Shown piece after piece: positions 53,098 to 64,000 of a stretch of 64,000 bases of DNA. Below the pieces are notes generated by a model that had not been told where the DNA came from, ran no database searches, and saw only the letters and a list, made by a program, of their open reading frames with translations. The stretch is taken from NCBI RefSeq assembly GCF_009914755.1, contig NC_060945.1, one strand, 5' to 3'. The position numbers and the translations under genes are program-made. Position 1 is the stretch's first letter; each line of letters opens with the position of its first letter. This stretch comes from the human T2T-CHM13v2.0 reference genome, Homo sapiens.

Positions 53098-53473
53098 ACA
53101 AGGAAAAAAGGAAAACCCCTCACCACCCACAGGGCACAGGCGGCCTCCCACCACCGCCACCGAATCAGGCCCAGAGTCTGACCTAGGACCCCCTCCCCTG
53201 CAGCCCCTGACCTCCTCTCCGCTTCCCATTCCTCCTCGGCCGAAATCTCAGCCCCTGAACCAAGCCCCGCCTGACTCCTGCCTGGGTCAAACCCTACTCC
53301 GGCCTGGACTCCAAACGCCGGGAGTCCGTCTGAGCACTTCCCGTCTGGAAACATCAGCAGGGTCACACTCATTCCTGGGGCAGGGGACGTGCAGCCCCCG
53401 ACTCTGGGCGGCTCAGGTCTCTGTGCCCACCCCATGCCCAGCCTGATACACAACGGTTTCTCCTTTGCAGATT

Positions 53474-54373
53474 TGTTACAGGACCCTAACACGTACCCAG
53501 AGGCAGCCGTCAGGTCAGGGTTTCCGCACTAGAGTCCCTTCCGTGGTCGCTAGAAATATGTTACAGGAATGAGGTTTGGCTCCAGACCCCAAGGGAGGGC
53601 TCCTGGATCTCGTGCAAGAAAGAATTCAGGGCAAGTCCACAGTGCAAAGCAATAGCAAGTTTATTGCAAAAGTAAAGTGGTCAAAGAATAGCTCCTCCGT
53701 AGACAGAGCAGGGCATTCCCGGAAGTAAGAGGGGGAACGCGTGCACCGTAGGTGCGGTGCTGGTGTACACGGGGAGGCGTGCTCGGATGCAAGGGTTTGT
53801 GATAAAGGATTAATTTTCTTTCTTTCTTTTTTTTTTTTTTGAGACAGAGTCTCACTCTGTTGCCCAGGCTGGAATGCAGTGGCGTGATCTCAGCTCACTG
53901 CAACCTCTCCACCTCCCCGGTTCAAGCGCTTCTCGTGTCTCAGCCTCCCGAGTAGCTGGGAATACAGGTGCAAGCCACCACGCCCGGCTGATTTTTGCAT
54001 TTTTAGTAGAGACGGGGTTTCGCCATGTTGGCCAGGCTGGTCTCGAACTCTTGACCTCAGGTGATCCACCCACCTCGGCCTCTCAAAGCGCTGGGATTAC
54101 AGACGTGAGCCACCGCACCCAGCCTATTTTCTTAATTACTATATTTTGCCAGGATCGATATTATCTTTAAAGCAAAATTAGGAATGCCTTTGTTCTCCAG
54201 ATATGGGCTATCTGGACACTCCCAAGTCTGAGTCTGTGTAGTAAACATTACTAACCTGTTCCCTTAACCGTAAACATCCAGAGGCCAGGAATGCCAGACT
54301 TTCTGAGAATGCAGCCCACCAAGTCCCAGACCCTACTCAAGATGGAGTCACTCTGGTTCGAACGCTTCTGACA
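53474..54373 (-). mobile_element. MER41-family ERV1 LTR interrupted by an antisense AluS (53815-54125)
   Basis: Reverse complement starts tgtcagaagcgttcgaaccagagtgactccatcttgagtaggg; U5 end ...ccagaccccaag...tgttacagg. Confidence 0.8.
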
Positions 54374-56675
54374 GATGTGTCCAATGCATGGATGAAATTC
54401 TGCCAAGATGTTCTGCATCTTGTGCAACCCCTCCAACCCCTTTCCTCCCGAGTGTGCATTTCATCCCCATTCTGTCTGGCTTCTGTGGACGCAGGAGGGC
54501 TGTTCCCGCCTGCTCAGGAGGGAGGCGGGGAGGAGTGGACGGGGGAGAGGGGCCCCCCACGCCTCTCTGGGCTCAGGGTCCCATCTGGTCCTCACAGGGC
54601 TGGGGCTTCCCATCTGAGGTCCCCGGCAGTGCATCCAACAAGCCAAAGTGGAAACAACCGCCAGGCGCCACCCAGGCCCTGGGTGAGGGCGGGACCACGG
54701 ACCCCAGGACTCCTCCCCGCAGAGACTCCGCAGGGTCCTCCTGCTCTTTCCACACCCAGCACCCGCAAACGGAGCGGGGGCGGGGCCGGGCTTCCAAAAG
54801 TCCCTGTGGCCAGGAAGGAAGGGCGTGTCCTGGGCCGGAGCGCCGGGGCTGGGCCCCTGGGATTCTCTGCGTCCAGCAGCACAGCAGGGTCCTCCACAGC
54901 CGTGCCCCGTGCTCTGGCCCTGGCAGCCTGGAGGCGGCGGCGGTGATCACCGGTCTGTTCTGGAGAGAGGGCAGCTACTCCATGGCGCCCTCTTGGAGAA
55001 AATTTCATGAACCAGACACCTCCGGCCAGGCCAGCCCTTCCTCATGCAGGTCCCTGAAGCCTCATCAGCAAAGCCCACTCTCAGAAAAATTCTTTTCATT
55101 GTTTACTAAGTGCCACTACATGGAAGCTGAGAGAAATAGGATTTGTGGAAGAGAGTACTGCAGAATACTGCTATTGGCTGTATTTTACGATTATCTCTAG
55201 TTAGAAATTGTTTCTTGGTATTCAAGGTTTAAAAGAACAAAAAATCTGCAGCCTGATGGTGGGTTAAGTAACATTCTGTAGCTTTGGAGAGTGGAAAACC
55301 ATCAGACCAAGTAAGTACTGGCTGAGCTGGCAGCTCTGACGTTCCTCTGTGACACGGGCTTTTATTCTGCGCACGTGTCGGGATCTGCCTGTACTGAGAG
55401 GTTCCGCGCGGCTTCGTTAAAACGGCTTTGAGGAGGAAGTGGAGATCCTGTTAGACAGGAGTCATCTCCATGCACAGACGGCCCCAGAGGTGCCCCCACC
55501 CGCGTGGGAAGCGACTGCCTAGGTCCCAGGGGGTGACCAGCTCTTGTCAGTGGAATGAGTTGAGGGGAGAGTCACTTCCAACTGGGGGCTTCTCCCCATC
55601 TGCTGGAGGGATGGACTCCAAGAGCCCTGGGGAGGCAGAGCCACAGATGAGGGCTTGGAGTCTGGCTCTGGGGTGTGAGCCACTGTGCATGTGGGAGTCA
55701 TCCACATGAGGACCTGAGGGTGACAGACGTGCTGCCAAAGTCCATGTGGCTCACGGGCTGCTTCCATCCTTCCGGACGTGGCTGGCTCTGATTCAAAGGC
55801 TGTTTTGTGGGGCCTGTTCCCCAGCGAATGCATGGGACCACAGACCAAGGGGGGCAGCAGGCAGTCCACTCGGGGACCTGGGCCACCCGTCAGGCTCAAG
55901 CAGACACCTTTGTGTCACAATGACCTGACCACCCCCGTCAGGCTCAAGCAGACACCTTTGTGTCACAATGAGGGCTCCCCCTGAAGAGGTGGCTGCCCCA
56001 AGTCACTCTGGGCTCACGGTGGATGCATGGTGGACAGCGGCCGCACGGTGGCCTTTGTGATGGACTCTGGGGCAGACAGGCTTCTCTGTAACATGGGCCT
56101 TGCAGAGCTAGTCCAGAATGCTGGGGGTGCACTGGGTACCTGCTGGGACCGCCCGTCAAGTGAGCACCGAGAACTGAACTGCCACGGCCACCGCCTGACT
56201 GCGGCCTGCACGCAGCACCATTCGGCAGAGGGGGGACTGCAGGCGTGCTGCCAGGCTGGGGGTCAGGGGAGCCCCAGGACCACCTGCAGCAGGACAAGAG
56301 CGTGTCTCACCACCCTCCTGCTGCCTTCTCAGAAGCTGTGTCTGCCCCCGGCCCGAAGCCAGTGACAGGATGGAGTCAACATCCCGCCCACTCTTCTGGC
56401 CTCCCCACTTCACACCCAGGCCCAGTCCTTGCCTTCAGCCGCTGTGGTCCCCATGTTCTCGCCTCTGCCCAGGCCAGCCCCAGTCTGTCTGTCCTCGAGT
56501 GTGCTGAACACACTGGACACCCCACTCCCCTCCATCTGTCCTGCCAGGGATTAGATCCCCACAGTCAGGCATCTTCTTTGGAGGGAAATTTGGCAGATTC
56601 TAGTCAACGTTTCAAGTACACATCACACACCCTTTGATCCAGAATTCTACTTCTAGAAGCTGACCTCACAGCTGA

Positions 56676-57610
<935 letters not shown>

Positions 57611-58429
57611 AGAAAATTTGCAACTTCTTAAACGATTCTAAGCCTAATGTTTCTGACAAGGATGAGCCTCTCAAACGAGATACTGGGCACTAAGACCACA
57701 CCACAGCAGTGCGTCTGGGGGCAGCACCATGGCAGTGTGTCTGGGGGCAGGAGTCGCAACCTCACGTCTCCCCGTTCCAGATGCAAGTCTGCAGTTGCCA
57801 CACATTCCTGAATGAGCCGGAAGCGGGTCGAGCACAGGGGGTTTCCGCCGCAGACGGGCTGGTGCTCGTAGCCACAAACGCTGGGCCCTGCGGGGCAGGT
57901 CCACGGGACAGACAGACATACCAATACTCTGCTGCTCGGACTCAACCCTGTGTCCCAGAGGACTGAAGTGGCAGGAGCAACACAGAAGGGGGCCGGGGTG
58001 GGGGGGCACTCCCTAAAAACCTGGCACGGAGACACCCAGGGAAGGACGCGAGGGGAGCAGGGAGCGCGGGAGCCTCATGCAGGTGTGCGTTTCACACGGG
58101 GGGGCCAAGGTCGCCCTTCCCGAGGCAGCCCTGCCTTCTCCCCCGGCCCTCGGCACCCAGCGCGAGTGGAGGGCATGCGGTGCGCAGGGCAGCTGTGGAG
58201 GGCAGAGACAGCCAAGACCTCCCCTGCGAGGCAGGCCCGTGGGCACAGTTTTAGGACACAGCCTGGTCCGTTCTGACAGCCACAGGCATTTAGTCTGGAG
58301 ACTGCCCAGGCATCCCACGATGGGTCAGAGGCCCACTTTACCCCAAAAAAGCCTACCTGCCTCCCAGCATTCCAAGCGGTCATGTCGACACCACTGAGAT
58401 GGAACACAGGAACACGCGGCATACTAAAC

Positions 58430-60417
58430 ACACGCAGGTAGTAAACCGTTTTATTGGAAACTGGTTAAAAATTAAGGCACTCCAAGCTTTATGGTTTCCT
58501 TGAGGTTACAGTTTTGTGGCTGCTCTTAGTGTATTTCAGAAAAAAGCAGATGGACGAAGACCGACCTTACAGACGTGGGTTTCTACACTGAGCGCAAGGG
58601 CTGACTACGCTGTATTTCACAACCGAGCCCTCGCGCCAGCTCAGCACCCTACGCTCAGGAAGCGGATTTTGCACGCACACTACTGCATTCATACAGAGTT
58701 CACTGAAGTCTATTACCAAGTGTCTTTTATGAATAAACAATACAAAGTCCAATTTTGATGGCTGCTATAAAATACTTAGGAATCTCTGCAATACTTTACT
58801 ACAAATACAAATGCCCAAGAGGTCAGGGAAATCAGCCTGAAGAACTGGGTACAGGTTCTATTCTTTGTGGAAATTTCAGCCTAGGAATGTTATTCCCGGT
58901 ACAGATGTACACAGTCAAAAAGGCTTATCGAGCTGTTTGACGAGTTCTTGAAGTGTTCTGGATCAGTGATCTGCCTGTGAACTTTAGTTCACGCTGAAGA
59001 CAGTCTTCTCAGTTTTCATGACTGTGAAGTGTGAAAATGGAACGCATCCTTGATCTTAGGTGCTGCTGACCTACTTTCCCAAAGCAAAATGTTTTAAAAT
59101 TCAAGGCAATCTGGAACGGGGACTATTTCCAAACTTCCTTAGGCAGCACTTTTCAGTGACTTCCCCGCACGCTGCTTTCCCTGCCACGAAGCGCTTGGTC
59201 TGCTTACTAAAGCCACGTATCCTGATTTTACAGAAACGTGGGCAGGTCCAGCAGTGCCACTGGAGAGCTCCCAGAGAAGCCCACTCAGAAGGAAGTGCTC
59301 AGACCACCCTCGAGCCAGAGCGGCTGGAAGCTGGACTGGTCCCATGAGGCAGAAGGAGCACCAGCGCCTGCTGGGTGGTGTGGGGAGAGCCCTCAGCTGA
59401 CTCTGGACACACCTGCTTCCGGGGCACGTGGCCCAGAGCCGGGCCTGTGGACGGGCCTTTCTTTCTTCTTGGGGTGGACCCCGTCCCCACGATCCCTAAA
59501 TGGCCACCCCCCAGACAGCCCAACAGGCAGCGAGAGGCCTGCAGGCACTGAGGATGCCAACAGGGCTGGAGAGAGCTGCAGCGTCCTGCCCCGTCCTCCC
59601 CACACCGCTGGCACACGAGCAGTCAACTGGTGCTGCTGAGGCAGGCCAAACACCACATTTATAATTCAAGCTTCCAAGGGAAAAAGATTCTCATGTTCTA
59701 GTAAAGATACAAATTTTAAAAATTGTCCAAAAAGGGCCTGAATTTTTATATGAAGGTTTTCTGGTGAAATCTTTTAAGCAGGGAGGAAAATCCAATAAAT
59801 TTTTTTAAAAAGGTTTAGCTATTCCCCAATGCTATTTAATACAATTGAGGTTAGGACGTTAAGTCCTTATCAGACTGTGTACTGGAGCCCCGTGTCATCA
59901 GCAAAAGCCGTGTGAGTCAACAGGTGTGAAGACTCAAGATGCGCACACAGACGCTGTCCGTGGTTTTATGGGGAATGATGAGGGCTGGTCAGTTCTCCTC
60001 ATGACAAAAGTCAAACCGACTTCCCTGTGTTGCGTGTGAAGCTTGTTAGTGGACAGAGAGAAACGCAGGGTTCTGCCCTGGGAGAATGACAGCCACAGCG
60101 CTGGGTGCCGTCAGGCGGCTTCGTGTGCAGTTAGCGTTTCACAAACTGAGAAGAGTATAAAAAAGCCCAAACCCCAAAGATTTCTTATTTCAAGTGACTA
60201 AATCTAGAAACAGAGATGAACAGGGAATAGAAGGTCACCAGTCTGCAAGACGAGAGGACTGTCCTTCAGGGGCAGCTCTCCGGCCGCCTGTCCTGGAAGG
60301 CTGGCAGGTTCACTGGCCAAGGTCAGGAGACCGCAATGGCCACGTGGTCTCCCGGCTGGGCTGGGCTGCGGAGTGTGCACCCCACAGGAAGCGTCGGGAC
60401 TGATGTGCTGGAGCGCT
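58430..60417 (-). other. PTTG1IP: PTTG1IP 3' UTR (~2 kb)
   Basis: Follows TAA; canonical AATAAA at 58455-58450 with GU-rich sequence downstream. Confidence 0.85.
58450..58455 (-). terminator. PTTG1IP polyadenylation signal AATAAA
   Basis: tttatt on the + strand. Confidence 0.8.
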
Positions 60418-60464
60418 TTAGTTGTTTTCAAATCTAGCATACGGGTTTTCTTCTTTAAACAGGC
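60418..60464 (-). CDS. PTTG1IP: PTTG1IP (PBF) last coding exon: (G)LFKEENPYARFENN*
   Basis: Acceptor ttttgtttcAG at 60466-60465; translation matches the PBF C-terminus with the YARF (YxxPhi) endocytosis motif; upstream exons lie right of the window. Confidence 0.95.
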
Positions 60465-61015
60465 CTGAAACAAAATAAACTTGAATCATAACTTCATTCA
60501 TTCAACCAGAAACAAAATCTTAGAAAGCCATACAAACCAAGCTTTATAAGAAGATTTACTGAGGCTATAGCAACAACGGGCGTTGTAAGCAGGCTCTCAT
60601 ACAGTGCTTAACCTTTTTTGAAGTCAAACCACTTTAAACTTTAAAACTGAAATAAAATTTACTAGAAACAAGAACTCTAACAGATCCTAAGAGATAAGCA
60701 CTTACTTCCTGATGCTCGGCGAAGAAAAGAAATTTAAGGCAAGTATTTCTTTCCACAGTGGTTGGCTAGTTCCACAGTGGATGGCTACTATTAAACAAAA
60801 TAACCTTACTTTGTGCTTATAGCTGCTCTTAAACCTTTGGAATTAAGGCTACAGAAAGAACTAAGATGACCATCAATCTAACTCTCGAGTACTCTGACAA
60901 AACTGGGATAAAATGTGTATTTAATCATAAGAGTAAACCTGTGCTACTTACCCAAAGACCAGGAGTTTTCCCTTCACACTGCAGAAACACACACACATAC
61001 ACACACTCTCTCTCC

Positions 61016-61316
<301 letters not shown>

Positions 61317-62061
61317 CTCTCTCTCCCTTTAACAATCTGTATTGTACACTAAAATTATCTGCAGCGATTACAACAAAGCTACTCACTGCATGTATTCTGG
61401 GGGCTGGGTGGAAGAGGCGGCGGGGAAGCAGAGGGATGGTAAGGAAGGGCCTAGCCATGTTTCTTTCTTGCCTGTCAAGGAGGGCCACAGGCATCAGGCT
61501 TTGGGAGTGAGGCTCAAAGTCGGTTTTGGGAAAGAGTCATCAGATACTAGCAAGGAGGCTGGTTAAGTTCTTATTGAAAAACTCGCTCCTGAGTCTACTT
61601 CCAGTTTAGAGGGAAAACCAAAACCAAAAGAAGGGTTTTTGCGTGCGTGCTGGTATTTTATATAACTGCACCAGGTGGACTCACATGCTTTCTCGCACTC
61701 TCCCATCAGGAATTCCTAGGAATTCTTCTAACTAGCCGAGGCTTTCCAAAGCACAGGCCATTCAATGGCTTTATTACAAACTGGCACAAAAAGCTCATTT
61801 CATCAATGCAATTAAAGGGCCAAATTAACCACCAAAATGGCAAGTGCAAGTCAATCAGGGCCCTGACACAGAAGACACCACTCCAAGAGCCTGGCCGGCC
61901 ACCCACAGCCTCACACCCGCTGGGAGTCAGGGCACAGTAAAGGTCGAGCAACTTAAACACAGCTTGTGCTTGGTGATAACAGGTGCTGGGCAGTGTGTGC
62001 GTGTGTGCGCGTGTGCGTGTGTGTGTATCCACCTTGTCTTTTATTTACATTAACATTAGTC

Positions 62062-62367
<306 letters not shown>

Positions 62368-63273
62368 TTAGGTGCCAAAAAGCTCTTGACTCTTCCATTT
62401 CAAGGAAAGCACAATGCCTCCAGCCAAGGCCTGCAGAGATGCTGCTGGGCCCACGCTCCACGTACACAGGCATGCACTCGCTGAGGAGGGCAACCCTGGT
62501 GCTGCTCCTTATGACAGTCACACGCAGGTACCCGGTCACCACCCACTCCAGACACACACCGGGAAACACAGGCGACAGAGAGGGTGGGGCAAGGACAAGG
62601 CAGCAGTGAAGAGAACCCAGAGAGTCAGCGCCCAAGCACACGGCACTCAGGAGACTGATGGGCGGGAACACATAGGAAAAAGCCTCTATCAGCCACTGGG
62701 CATCTCGAGGCCAGCAGCCAAGGCAGCCTCACGCCCCCAAGCCGACACTTCGAGACCGGCAGGACTCACGTGGCCTCAGGTCACAGCACAGTCACATGGA
62801 GGTGACTTTCCAAGGAGGCCAGAACTGACAGGGAGGGGACGTCCCGGCCAGTGGGCAGAGCCACCCAGCGTTTACAGTCCAGGGCACCAGCAGCATGGGG
62901 CCTCTGCAGCCCCCATGAGAGGGAACCCAACGCCAATCACCTGCACCTGACGGAGGCGCCGCTCACAGTGGCTGCTGGGCTTTGCCGTCCACCCCCCACC
63001 CGATGACCGAGAACCGCAGCGACGTCCTCATGCCCCCAGTGGGTGGGACCCTAAAATACCACAAATATATGATATTCCCTAAAACAAACAGAAGACTCAA
63101 AACACGTGCATTAGTCAGAAAAGGCTCTGAAATTTTCCAATTAGGTTTAGCCTTTAATATACTGCTTCAAGGAAAGCACCGTGGGCGCAGGACGACAGAT
63201 TCCTGAGGCCCACGGCTGCCATGAACCCAGGACCACGCACCTCGCACAGGCGAGGAGTCAGTTCCCACCATGT

Positions 63274-63351
63274 CCATGACGCCACACAACCACAAACCCA
63301 GCGCGGGAGACGCCCATGACACCACACAACCACAAACCCAGCGCGGGAGAC
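63274..63351. repeat. 40-bp tandem duplication
   Basis: ccatgac(g/a)ccacacaaccacaaacccagcgcgggagac at 63274 and 63314. Confidence 0.9.
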
Positions 63352-64000
63352 ACTAGACTCTTTGCGGACTTTAAAATCATACAGAATCAACGAAGCACGG
63401 CTGGGTGGTGGTGTTCAGTGTTAAGCAGTGAACATCACGTGGTTTGGGGGAGTATAGATAACGTAATGTGTATTTCCAATTCACTCCAACTAAATAAAAG
63501 GTTTACACTTGGCAAATACATTCATTCTGGCTCCTTCAAAGCTCCTCTCCAAAATCTCTCCAGACACAACCAAACAAGAACAGAACGCCGAGGCTGGGCG
63601 AGAAGGAGCAGGGCCGGTGCTGGGGAGTGCTTGGAAGGAGCGCCTGCCACACTCAGAAGATGGCAACGAGCAACGCTCCCGAGGATGAGAGGGCCGCCCT
63701 GAAACTCACAGCACCTCGGCTACGCAGGCGTGCCCACAGGAAGCCAAACACGACGGCAGAACAGCTGCAGACTTCCAGCCCAGAAGTCTTGGGACTCGAT
63801 AAGCAAACAGCTATCTGAGAAAACAGACTTCATGAAGACGACTGGCTGAGATAAAGATATTCTTAGGAGTGAGTTCACCACAGAACCGCTGGGGACAACC
63901 GCCAGCTGCTCCTCTCTGGAGAGACGTCCTTCTGTTCCGATGGGTGAACCCACAGCCCCATCTCAGGCCACACTGGCACTAACGAGGACCGAGACAGCGT

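Noticed and set aside
53532-53552. tRNA-Arg-like sequence as a tRNA gene
   Set aside because: Only the 3'-terminal ~20 nt are present, adjacent to an LTR; a primer-binding site, not a gene
54377-55200. 270-aa and 189-aa ORFs
   Set aside because: GC-rich intergenic sequence with no recognisable family or splice-supported structure
55886-55972. 48-bp tandem duplication (also a ~21-bp one at ~23984-24022)
   Set aside because: Simple local slippage duplications with no evident functional motif

Overview
Human (hominid) genomic DNA from chromosome 21q22.3, recognised from the encoded proteins. On the minus strand the window holds UBE2G2 exon 1 and part of intron 1 (ATG at 10016), the complete 4-exon SUMO3 gene (CDS 26418->15219, 103 aa), and the last exon with 3' UTR of PTTG1IP (CDS 60464->60418, AATAAA at 58450). 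A divergent lncRNA (LINC01424, position recalled rather than derived) probably lies between UBE2G2 and SUMO3. The rest is repeat-rich: about 27 Alu elements or monomers, a Tigger1 fossil, MER2, Tigger3a and MER58 DNA transposons, MaLR/ERV LTRs (MST/THE1, MLT1, MLT2, MER4-group, MER51, LTR13A, MER41-family), old L1 pieces, a full SVA and several GC-rich minisatellites. There are no prokaryotic systems, CRISPR arrays, rRNA or tRNA genes, and nearly all ORF-track entries are repeat or GC artefacts. The most unusual structure is in SUMO3 intron 2. The exon-3 splice acceptor is triplicated as an in-frame 42-bp tandem repeat, and there is an in-frame alternative donor. There are also two candidate poison exons: one next to a 330-nt UG tract, the other inside a ~450-bp duplicon whose two copies bracket exons 3-4. 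The SVA carries a short 5' transduction, and a MER41-family LTR seems to have absorbed a tRNA-Arg primer-binding site. Repeat subfamily names come from memory of consensus sequences and repeat boundaries are approximate. I cannot confirm novelty without database searches.
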